From an uncultured Trueperaceae bacterium (GTDB lineage: Bacteria; Deinococcota; Deinococci; Deinococcales; Trueperaceae), in NCBI GenBank assembly GCA_963815215.1, contig CAWFFU010000008.1, positions 1 through 64,000 on the forward strand: a stretch of DNA of 64,000 bases. The letters run 5' to 3'. Below the pieces are notes generated by a model that ran no database searches, was not told where the DNA came from, and saw nothing but the letters and a program-made list of their open reading frames with translations. Shown in pieces: positions 1 to 8,318 of the stretch. The translations under genes and the position numbers were made by a program. Position 1 is the first letter of the stretch, and every line of letters begins with the position of its first letter.

Positions 1-2
1 AG

Positions 3-89
3 GAAGCGCAGACCGAGCTGCGACAGCAGGCGGGCCGCCAGTTCGACCCGGACCTCATCGCCATCTTTCTGGAGCAGGTGCTCGACTAG
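3..89 (+). CDS. C-terminal end of an HD-GYP domain protein (partial, runs off window start)
   Basis: Frame from base 3 reads EAQTELRQQAGRQFDPDLIAIFLEQVLD*; the GxQFDP motif is typical of HD-GYP C-termini. Confidence 0.7.
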   Translation, partial: EAQTELRQQAGRQFDPDLIAIFLEQVLD

Positions 90-105
90 CACGCCCCCCA
101 ACGAG

Positions 106-567
106 CTACGCGACCCGCCACGGCAAGACCCCGCCCTCGTGATGCGTCGGGCCGGGATGCACCGGAAGTCCGGCATCCAGATCTTCGGGATGCACGTGCA
201 CGATGTGCACGCGTCCCTCGGTGTGGGTCTCGGTGAGCACCACGGCGTAGCGCGGAGACGGTGGGTCCATGTGCCCCTGGGGGTCGAGGTCGATCGCCGC
301 GCGGGCCTCCGTCTGCCAACCCGTCTCCAGGTCCGGCGCGTCTTCGACGGTGGTGACGAGCAGTTGCTGCGCCGCGCGTTCCAGCGGCGCCCCGCGCTCG
401 GGGTGTGGCATGACCAACCGCCCACCGCGGCCGGGCAGACCGGCGTACAGGCCGAGCATGGACGCCTCCACACCTTCGGCCAGTACGTTGCCGGCACCGG
501 CGATCAACAGCAGAACGATGGCGACGACAAGCTCGACGATCTTGCTGGCAGATAGTCGTTGACGCAT
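106..567 (-). CDS. Hypothetical secreted/membrane-anchored protein, His-rich C-terminus
   Basis: 153-aa ORF with GAGGAGG RBS upstream and a hydrophobic N-terminal segment (IVELVVAIVLLLIAGAGNVLA). Confidence 0.55.
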   Translation of the reverse strand: MRQRLSASKIVELVVAIVLLLIAGAGNVLAEGVEASMLGLYAGLPGRGGRLVMPHPERGAPLERAAQQLLVTTVEDAPDLETGWQTEARAAIDLDPQGHMDPPSPRYAVVLTETHTEGRVHIVHVHPEDLDAGLPVHPGPTHHEGGVLPWRVA

Positions 568-752
568 GCGGCCTCCTCAGGCTTCCGAGCGGAGCGCACG
601 CCGCCCGGAAAGGATGTGCCGATCACGCTAGGCAACGCCGCCATGAGAACCCCTGGAGGAGCCTGAACGCCGCGTATCACCGCCCACTCACGACGTCACA
701 CATGCGCACGGGAGCGGCAATCAGTGGCTCACGACCCTCCCATGCGAACCCT

Positions 753-1054
753 TCATGGAACCATCGGCGCGCACGATGCCCCAGACCGAAAATCGCGCTG
801 CCGCTCCACTCCGGAGGCGAACACGTCGATGGCACCCTCTAGAAGCTGCTTCTTCCACGCTCGGATCTGATTGACGTGCACGCCGTACTGCCGGCTCAGC
901 TCGGCGACGGTGCGCTCCTCCTTCGCTGCTTCCAGAGCGACCTTGGCCTTGAACTGCGGAGAGTGATTCCGACGCTGCTTCTTCACGTTGCTCCCCATCC
1001 CGGAAGACTACCGCTTCCGACCTAAGCCGGCTGTCCGGAATCCGGGGTCCACTT
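753..1054 (-). mobile_element. IS3-family remnant: left-IR-like sequence plus truncated OrfA
   Basis: ORF 753-998 RRNHSPQFKAKVALEAAKEERTVAELSRQYGVHVNQIRAWKKQL is an IS3 OrfA HTH; IR-like AAGTGGACCCCGGATTCCGGACAG at 1054-1031 lacks the terminal TG; no OrfB. Confidence 0.8.
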
Positions 1055-1146
1055 GTCTCTCACGAGACCAACCAGACCGAAGGCTGGGCGCCAGACCGCC
1101 GGGTCGCGCTGAAGGGCCGACCCAACCGCCAGCAATCACGTAAGGC

Positions 1147-1224
1147 GCCAGACCTTGACCACCTACCGAAGAACCGTCGCCCTACCAGCGGTAGTGCCAG
1201 TTGCCTAGTTTTTCTGTCCTACAC
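1147..1224. repeat. att-like imperfect direct repeat, copy 1 (core 1182-1198)
   Basis: Aligns over ~75 bp with 3218-3292; core CTACCAGCGGTAGTGCC is identical to 8301-8317. Confidence 0.9.
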
Positions 1225-1301
1225 GCGGATTCAGCGACTATCCTTCCGCCGTTGCGCTCTCGTCGTCAAGGCAGCATCTTGTCGTCACCGCCCACGGATC
1301 G

Positions 1302-2222
1302 TTACACGCTGACCCCGAGAACACCGGCGAGCGAGCGCACAAGGCGCGCCCGGGCTTCGGCACTGAGCTCGTCGAGATTCTGTCGGCGCCAACGCACCGC
1401 GGGCAGGTCTGGCGCGACATCGATCGCCAGAAGATCCCACTCGGGCTCACCGAGCTCGAACGACACCAGGAACTCGCGGTGCTCTTCCGGCATCTTCCCC
1501 ACCACCTCGCCAATGAGCGCCTCACGTGCATCGAGCAACGAGTCCAGCGTGACCGGGGCCGCCGTCATCCCCAGGAACCCCTGCTCGAAGATATCTGCGA
1601 TGTCCTTCCTCTGCGGGGCGAGGACTTCGACCATGGGACGGTTGTGGCTGATCAGGTAGACCACGAACGCTTGCCGTAACCGCATGTCAACACCCTCGTG
1701 CGCCAAGAGGTCCCGTACGTCGAAGAGATCGCGCGGATGCTGACGGTCCAAGGCCGCTACGATCTTCCCCGCATACAAGTCCTCGAACGACGCCACACGC
1801 ATCTCTCCGAACCCGAACGCCTCCTCGACCACGGCCGTCACCGAGCGCACCTCCGGATCGAAGACGCAGCCCCTCGACACGGGCGTCACCTCGATCTTCA
1901 CCTGAGCGTCTGCTTGCCTCACAACCAGCTTGGTGATCGCCCCTTCACGGGTGGCAGAAGCCTGGACTCGCGTCCCGGCGAGGCCACGCAAGATCCGTTC
2001 GCGCACACGCACGAGGGCACCCTCGATACCGGCCAGAGATACCTCCCGCGATTCCACCGGCAGATACGTGAGGTCGATGTCGACCGACAGCCGTGGCATG
2101 TCACGGACGAACAGATTGATGGCCGTGCCACCCTTCATGGCAAAGCAGTCCTCCGCCGCTAGCGCCGGCAGCGTGCGGATCAGCAGCCGGACCTGGCGCC
2201 TGAAGCGCTCCGTGAAGGGCAT
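1302..2222 (-). CDS. abiEii: AbiEii-family nucleotidyltransferase toxin (type IV TA)
   Basis: KGGTAINLF...RLSVDIDL, KIVAALDRQHPRDLFD motifs; start overlaps the antitoxin stop codon. Confidence 0.92.
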   Translation of the reverse strand: MPFTERFRRQVRLLIRTLPALAAEDCFAMKGGTAINLFVRDMPRLSVDIDLTYLPVESREVSLAGIEGALVRVRERILRGLAGTRVQASATREGAITKLVVRQADAQVKIEVTPVSRGCVFDPEVRSVTAVVEEAFGFGEMRVASFEDLYAGKIVAALDRQHPRDLFDVRDLLAHEGVDMRLRQAFVVYLISHNRPMVEVLAPQRKDIADIFEQGFLGMTAAPVTLDSLLDAREALIGEVVGKMPEEHREFLVSFELGEPEWDLLAIDVAPDLPAVRWRRQNLDELSAEARARLVRSLAGVLGVSV

Positions 2223-3067
2223 CAGGGTTCCTGGCCTAGCTCGGTCGGAACGGTGATCTGGTATTTCGGGTCCAGACGACCGTTGGTCGCCAGAACACGC
2301 TTACCGCTGCCGAGGTCGACCGAGGACTTGTCGAGCCCCTTCAACCACGCATGCTTGTGCCGGTCCGCGAAGAAGAAGAACAAGCGCTTCGCCTTCACAC
2401 GCTCGCAGCGCTCCAGCAAACGTTGCATGCGCCTTGGACTCAAGTCCGAGAGGCCTTCCATCACCACATCGACATGGTCAAAGGTCTCCCCCTTCGGCAA
2501 CGCGTCCATCAGCTCGAGGACAGCTCGTTCGGGAGACGAGAGGACAAGCGGCCACTCCCACTGTCCCCAGGCAACGGCACGGAGGCCTGCATGCTGCAGA
2601 CCTGCATCCTCCCCCGCCGGCCCCACACGGTCACCCAATGTCGGAAGCCTCAGGCGCTCCAGGTCGGCCCCGAACAGTGGCCTGCTGTTGTGGTAGCGGA
2701 AGTCCACCCCCAGGTCCAGTCTCGACAACCACGAAGGCGGACGAGCAAGACCGTAGAGGTGCACGGTAGATACCGACCGCGAAACGAAGTGGCCGTAGCC
2801 CTGGAACTCGAGAGACGTGCGTCCACCGACGAAAAGGCGCTTGCGCAACAACGCCTGCAGCGAGATGACAACCTGTTCCCACGAGAGCTCACCCCGTGGC
2901 CGCATGTAGACCGCGCGGGCGGGCCGCTTCAACCAGCCCCCCTTCAGGTACTGCGTGCGCAGCGCCGTCGAGTACCCATGCTCCGTCAGCCACGACGCAT
3001 CGACAACCAGGCCCTCAGGCAAATCCCGTTCGAGACGGTTTAACTTACCGCCTCTTTGCGCAGTCAT
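2222..3067 (-). CDS. abiEi: AbiEi-family antitoxin / transcriptional regulator (type IV TA)
   Basis: KLNRLERDLPEGLVVDASWL, GGRTSLEFQGYGHF, SSPERAVLE, VDLGSGKR motifs; start set at MTAQ (3067) because TACAAT lies 7 nt upstream. Confidence 0.9.
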   Translation of the reverse strand: MTAQRGGKLNRLERDLPEGLVVDASWLTEHGYSTALRTQYLKGGWLKRPARAVYMRPRGELSWEQVVISLQALLRKRLFVGGRTSLEFQGYGHFVSRSVSTVHLYGLARPPSWLSRLDLGVDFRYHNSRPLFGADLERLRLPTLGDRVGPAGEDAGLQHAGLRAVAWGQWEWPLVLSSPERAVLELMDALPKGETFDHVDVVMEGLSDLSPRRMQRLLERCERVKAKRLFFFFADRHKHAWLKGLDKSSVDLGSGKRVLATNGRLDPKYQITVPTELGQEP

Positions 3068-3074
3068 GCTTTGC

Positions 3075-3150
3075 ATTGTAGCAAACTCTCAAACCGGCTT
3101 GAGTTTGACACTCACCACATTTGCTAAGCCATGCTTTGCTAACCAAGCCA
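3075..3150 (-). promoter_or_regulatory. abiE promoter region: -10 TACAAT, inverted repeat and TTTGCTAA direct repeats
   Basis: TACAAT (3080-3075); CAAACTC...GAGTTTG IR at 3082-3107; TTTGCTAA at 3120 and 3135. Confidence 0.55.
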
Positions 3151-3217
3151 TCTCCGAACCAAGCCGGGGCTTCCCTACGGATTCTAGGCGAGGCGATCCG
3201 CGACGGGCACCGCCCAT

Positions 3218-3292
3218 GCCAGATGACCACCTGCAGAAGAATCATCGCCCTACCAGCGGTAGTGCCGATGGGCTAGTTTTTACGTCCCGCAC
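3218..3292. repeat. att-like imperfect direct repeat, copy 2 (core 3250-3266)
   Basis: GCCAGA-TGACCACCT..GAAGAA..TCGCCCTACCAGCGGTAGTGCC..CTAGTTTTT shared with 1147-1224; 18-bp identity with 8301-8318. Confidence 0.9.
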
Positions 3293-3674
3293 GGCGTTCC
3301 TGCGAACATTCCTTCGCCATCGGCATAGGGCCGTCAATCCCCAGGGCAAACGCGCACTGGCTTCCGGAAACAGGCTACCGAACTCTCCAGCACCGCCGCA
3401 TCAACACCGCCACCCTCACCGCCGATCATCTCTAGACTCGCGAACGGCCCTCGGCCCAAAAGACCGTCCTGCGGTAGCCCACCCGCGCATATCAGACGGA
3501 CACGCGTCAATAGAACCGACCAGCACGTCACCACGAACACCCTGATCATGAAGCGCTGCGACCCACCGGAGGTCACAGCCCTTCGACGCCCCCGACACGT
3601 ACGGTACTGTTCCGCCCGCTCGCTTCCTTGCTCGAGCGTTCCGTCCGCGCCCGTCATTTGACGGCGTTCCTCCG

Positions 3675-4040
3675 TCACAGCAAGCCCTGACGGAGCGCCT
3701 TGACCGCGGCCTGCGTACGGTCGGACGCAGCGAGCTTCTCCAAGATGTCCTGCACGTGCTTCTTCACCGTTCCCACACTGACGTCCAACCTCTCGGCGAT
3801 GTCCTTGTTGCTCAGGCCGTCGGCGACGGCGCGCAGCACCTCGAGCTCGCGCTGCGTCAGCGGCACGCTGCTCTCGCTCGGCTGCGCCATGCGGCTCAAC
3901 ACCACCTCCGCCACCTCCGGATCGAGATACGTAGCCCCCATCGCGGCGGCGCGGATCCCCAGCAGTAGCGACGCCGGATCCGACGCCTTCAGGCAGAACG
4001 CGTCGGCCCCCGACGCCATCGCCGCCAGCACCTCGTCGCT
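3675..4040 (-). pseudogene. NarL/LuxR-family response regulator, N-terminally truncated
   Basis: End of REC domain (GADAFCLK) plus LuxR HTH (PLTQRELEVLRAVADGLSNKDIAERLDVSVGTVKKHV); phospho-acceptor half missing. Confidence 0.8.
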
Positions 4041-4042
4041 CG

Positions 4043-4336
4043 ATGGCGCTCGCCTTTGCGCTCCGCGGGCATGCGCAGTTCTTCGCCATCGTGGGCTTTG
4101 TCAGCCTGCCGCTCCTCTTCGCCAGCAACGCCCTCGCACCTCTCGACGCCATGCCCGGCTGGCTCCAGCTCATCGCCCAAGCCAACCCCATGACTTACAC
4201 CATCACCGCTAGTCGCAGCCTCATCCTCGACGGACTGCAACCCAGTCTGCTCTTGACGACTCTCGCGGTGATCGCTGCATTTGATGCCCTGGCGGTGGCA
4301 GCGTGCCTCTGGGCGTTGCGGCGAACGACCGCCTGA
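4043..4336 (+). pseudogene. ABC-2 type permease, C-terminal fragment
   Basis: LPLLFASNALAPLDAMPGWLQLIAQANPMTY..SRSL is the C-terminal ABC-2 permease signature; only 97 aa. Confidence 0.8.
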
Positions 4337-4748
4337 GCGGAGGTGAGCGCACGCGCCGGCGGGGACGTGCCCCCGCAACGCAGCCAAAGCCGCCCTGCCG
4401 CCCTTGATTCAGGTGGACCCCTGAGGATCAAGAGCCCGACTCCTTTGACCCGGAGGCGACGTCCAGGGACACGGGTACATTCGGGCGAACGCAAGCATTC
4501 CCGTCAGGAGCATCAGCTTCTCGATCACAGAGCCACACCTGAGGGGCGACGCCCACTAGGAGCGCTCGACCACAACATGCCCAGCCAGACCCGGGCCAAG
4601 GACCCCGAAGCCCAAAGCGCCAACATCTCCGCCGCCTGGCTGAACCGACCCCCGAAGTCTCGCCAGTCCCAGGTGGTCTCATCGTCCGCGCCCGCCGGTT
4701 GTACGCCTTGCGTCAGGCTGGGCATGCGGCGCTCGGCCTTCGAGGCCG

Positions 4749-5741
4749 CTACGGTGCCTGCCGGCACCCCGGGGAGTCCGGGAATTCCTTATCCCGCGAG
4801 GCCTCGACCTTCACGCCGCGCGCTAGCAGCTCCTCCACGGCTGGCCATCCCATGCCGGGTAGGGCGCCGAGACAGTTCCGTTCCAGATTGATCTCGTACC
4901 CGCTCGTGAACGCCGGGTTGTCCGCCAACGGCGTCACATCCGCGATGAAGTTCCCGCTCAAGTTGAGCACCTTCGGTGGCTGCGCCCAGGACCGGAACAC
5001 GCTCACATCCGCGATTCGGTTCCCGCTCAGGTTGAGCACCCTTGGCGGCTGCGCCCAGTCCCGAAACGCACCCAGATCCTGGATGCTCGCCAGGCTAAGC
5101 CACAGGGAATCGAGCCCCAGGAGGCGTGTGAACGGCTCCAGGTTGCGGTACTGCAGCACGCCAGACCCGTACTCGCGTAGCCCCGTCAACCCCTCGAGCG
5201 GGGTGGCGTCCACCAACGTCGGATACAGCTCGTCGACATAGAGGAACTGCAGTTCCTTGAGATTGGAGAGCGGCGTGAGGTCGGTGATCTTGCCGCCCGT
5301 GAAGATCCACAGGTAGCGGAGCTTGGTGAGCTTCGCGAGCGGCGTGAGGTCGGAGAAGTCGTGATACGGGGTAGTGTTGCGGGGTGTGGGATAGGTGGAG
5401 AACTTCAGCCAGGTGAGGTTGGCGGCGTACTGCAGCCCCTCCAGCGAGCCCACGGTGTGGGGAGGGGATTGCAGCTCGAGGTGTGTCAGGCGCAGCATGT
5501 CCTCGCACGACAAGGTTGTCACCTCGCCATGGTCCATGGGTAGGCGTAGCGTGTCTTCGATGCCGTGCCGCAGGCCCGCATCGGGGATGGTGACATGCTC
5601 GCCTGGCTTGCAGGGTGGAGCGCCCTGGGCGAGTGCGGGCAACGCCAGCGCCAGCACCATGACCGCGACCACCGCCAGCGCGGGAACGCGTCTCTTAGGG
5701 CCTCGCCTAGCCCCAGCCCCCATGAATGAACGGGAATGCAT
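4749..5741 (-). CDS. Secreted leucine-rich repeat (internalin-like) protein
   Basis: Signal peptide (..LALALPALAQ), IPDAGLR cap, SLEGLQYAANLTWL, DLTPLAKLTKLRYL, LNLSGNRIADV LRRs; GGGGGA RBS before ATG 5741. Confidence 0.8.
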   Translation of the reverse strand: MHSRSFMGAGARRGPKRRVPALAVVAVMVLALALPALAQGAPPCKPGEHVTIPDAGLRHGIEDTLRLPMDHGEVTTLSCEDMLRLTHLELQSPPHTVGSLEGLQYAANLTWLKFSTYPTPRNTTPYHDFSDLTPLAKLTKLRYLWIFTGGKITDLTPLSNLKELQFLYVDELYPTLVDATPLEGLTGLREYGSGVLQYRNLEPFTRLLGLDSLWLSLASIQDLGAFRDWAQPPRVLNLSGNRIADVSVFRSWAQPPKVLNLSGNFIADVTPLADNPAFTSGYEINLERNCLGALPGMGWPAVEELLARGVKVEASRDKEFPDSPGCRQAP

Positions 5742-5846
5742 GTCAGGTCCCCCATCCGTTGGCCGCTCCGAGTCCACGATACGCCTCGGTCCGGGCTGAA
5801 CCGCCCCGGCTTTCCCGGAGAGTCGATTCCTTGAGAGGATGGCTTC

Positions 5847-6167
5847 ATGGGTTTCCAGGGCAGGTATCCGGCGGAGGTCAGGGAGCGGGCCGTGCGACTG
5901 GTGTTCGAGCAGCAGGGAGGCTACGACTCGCAATGGGAGGCGATCGTGAGCGTGGCCGAGAAGATCGGGTGCAGCTCGGACACGTTGCGGAAGTGGGTGC
6001 GGGCCGCTGAGCGTCAGCACGACCCTCAGGCGCAGGCTGTCGACGCTGAGCGCTCGCGCGTCAAGGCGTTGGAGCGGGAGAAGCGGGAGCTTCGGCAGGC
6101 GAACGAGATCTTACGGAAGGCGGCGGCGTTTTTCGCCCAGGCGGAGCTCGACCGCCAACCGAAGTGA
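5847..6167 (+). CDS. IS3-family transposase OrfA
   Basis: RYPAEVRERAVRLV...SVAEKIGCSSDTLRKWVR...ELRQANEILRKAAAFFAQAELDR. Confidence 0.92.
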   Translation: MGFQGRYPAEVRERAVRLVFEQQGGYDSQWEAIVSVAEKIGCSSDTLRKWVRAAERQHDPQAQAVDAERSRVKALEREKRELRQANEILRKAAAFFAQAELDRQPK

Positions 6168-6581
6168 TGGTCGCGTTCATCGACGATCACAGGAGCGCAT
6201 TCGGGGTCGAGTCGATCTGCCAGCAACTGCCTATCGCCCCGAGCACCTACTACGAGCGCAAGGCCAGGGAACGCGACCCGGAAAGGCTGCCGGAGCGCCA
6301 CCGGCCGGGACGCGCGCCTGCGTGAGGACGTCAGACGCGCGTTTCAGGCGAGCCGGGATCGTTACGGCGCGCGCAAGGTGTGGCGGCAGCTCCAGCGCGA
6401 CGGCCTCGAGGTGGCGCGCTGCACGGTGGAGCGCCTCATGCGCCTGGAGGGCCTGCAGGGCGTGAGCCGCGGCGGGGTCAAGCGCACCACCGTTCCCGAT
6501 CGGGAGGCTCAGGTGCCGGCGGACCTGGTGAACCGCGCCTTCCGAGCCAGCCGACCGAACCAGCTCTGGGTCACGGACCTG
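6167..6581 (+). pseudogene. IS3-family transposase OrfB, frameshifted near 6300 and interrupted at 6582
   Basis: MVAFIDDHRSAFGVESIC..IAPSTYY in one frame, then YGARKVWRQLQRDG..VARCTVERLMR..RPNQLWVTDL in another; homology stops after the first catalytic Asp. Confidence 0.85.
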
Positions 6582-7935
6582 GAGCGCCATGAGGCGCTGC
6601 AAGACCGTGCGGTGATGAGAGGGCACCGCCGTCAGTTCGTCGCAGCGGACTGAGTGAAGCTGGAGGCAGCCTGGCCGGTTGGGATGGACCGGTTGGGTGG
6701 AAGCAGCCTCGACAACGACGGGACGTCCTGGTACTGCGAGACGGGGCGGGCCCGGCAAGCGAGATGGGAAGGTGTACGTGAGGAACCAGCGTCTGGAAGC
6801 CTCTGAATACGACCCACCAGCTCTAACCTGGCGGATTTGGGCTGGGTTGCGGCGCGCACCCACACTGTGGGGAACTCCTTGGCCGGTTCATGTCGCTGGC
6901 GGGGAGGCCGCTCGGAAGCACTGCGGCGTACGAACGGCGATGCTGCGGGGGCATAGCTGGGCACCTAACCCGTCGAACGGTTTTGTGGTGAACATGGGAA
7001 CCATCCCGGTAGTCCCTCATTCGCGAGGGGAGGTCCATCGCCGACCGGCGCTACCGGAATGGGGCGGAGGACCCGTAGTAGTCGGGGGCCGGGAAAGCCG
7101 GCCACATGGCGAAGGGGTCCAGCAATCTCGTGGCGACAATGCAAACCGAGGAGGTCGCTGGTGAATACCGGCGCGTCGTGGCCGAGCCTCTCCGAGGCGG
7201 AGGCGCGAGTACTTGGACTGCAGACGAAGCTGCACCGTTGGGCGACCGTGGAATCTGGTCGCTCGTTCGATGACTTGTTCAACCTCGTGTGTGACCCTGC
7301 TTTTCTGCGCGTGGCGTGGGAGCGGGTCAGGGGCAACAAGGGAGCACGCACGGCAGGAGTGGACGGGCAAACCGCTCGCTCCATTGACGATGTTGGGGCG
7401 TTCCTGAACGGGTTGCGAGATGATCTCAAGGCCCGCAGGTTCGCTCCCGCCCGAGTGCGGGAGCGGATGATTCCCAAGCGAGACGGTAGGATGCGCCGTC
7501 TGGGAATCCCTACCGTAGCCGACCGGGTGGTGCAGGCTTCTTTGAAGCTGGTGCTCGAACCAGTCTTCGAGGCGGACTTCAAGCCGTGCAGTTACGGTTT
7601 CCGCCCGAAGCGCCGCGCTCAGGACGCCATCGCCGAGATTCACTTCTTCGCCTCCCGCCGTTACGAGTGGGTGCTGGAAGGGGACATCGAGGCGTGCTTC
7701 GACCAGATCGACCACACCGCCCTCATGGGTAGGGTGCGAGATCGGGTCGGGGACAAGCGCGTGCTGAGCCTGGTGAAGGCGTTCCTGCGCGCCGGAATCC
7801 TCAGCGAGGACGGCGTCAATAGGGACACGATTACCGGCACGCCCCAGGGCGGCATCCTCTCACCGCTGCTGGCCAATATCGCCCTGAACGTGCTCGATGA
7901 GCACTTCACCGTGAAGTGGGAAGCCAGCGGCCCGC
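6582..7935 (+). mobile_element. Group II intron, 5' part only (ribozyme domains plus truncated RT)
   Basis: ~580-nt non-coding segment starting where OrfB breaks, followed by intron-type RT; CCCGTAGTAGTCGGGGGCCGGGAAAGCCGGCCACATGGCGAAGGG resembles DIII; no DV/DVI seen. Confidence 0.82.
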
Positions 7936-7958
7936 TCGATGAGGTGAAGAAGTTGTAA
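7161..7958 (+). pseudogene. ltrA: Group II intron reverse transcriptase/maturase, truncated before YADD
   Basis: GAGGAGG RBS plus GTG; AWERVRGNKGARTAGVDG, RLGIPTVADRVVQ, SYGFRP, EGDIEACFD, GTPQGGILSPLLANIAL present; ends ..WEASGPLDEVKKL* without YADD or X domain. Confidence 0.9.
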
Positions 7959-8300
7959 TGCCAGACGATCACGATAGATGCTCCAAAGGGGCCCTCTAGG
8001 GGGGTTTGCGAGCAGTGTGTGTCGCGACCACAGCAATCGCCCAACGCGCACAGACAAGAAGTACACAGAGATGTACACAACTTGCACGCGAAATCAGCTC
8101 GCGCCACCAACCCGAACCGGAACGTCATGCGGGATCGCTCATCATCTTCCACCGGGCTGCAATGGGGCCCAAGCGGAAGGCTGTTAAAACGCCCGAAATT
8201 TCGACCCCGCGATGTTAAAATCCGCGGGGTCCAAACTCGGCCAGAAACGACATCTAGGACAGGGCACACCCTGATCTACCGGACGGGGAGAACACGTCCG

Positions 8301-8318
8301 CTACCAGCGGTAGTGCCG
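8301..8318. repeat. att-like core copy 3, equal to the 3' end and stop codon of amn
   Basis: CTACCAGCGGTAGTGCCG encodes RHYRW* on the minus strand. Confidence 0.9.

Larger units (their letters stand above)
5797..6581 (+). mobile_element. IS3-family (IS51/IS6110-like) element, decayed; right end absent
   Basis: IRL TGAACCGCCCCGGCTTTCCCGGAGAGTC at 5797; OrfA, TTTTTC frameshift region, OrfB remnant; no matching IRR seen in window. Confidence 0.88.

Noticed and set aside
1147..3292. Direct repeats as a CRISPR array
   Set aside because: Spacing of 2 and 5 kb with genes in between; no cas genes
7161..7958. RT as a retron, DGR or Abi-type RT linked to AbiE
   Set aside because: Motifs and upstream RNA are of group II intron type, and the catalytic YADD is missing
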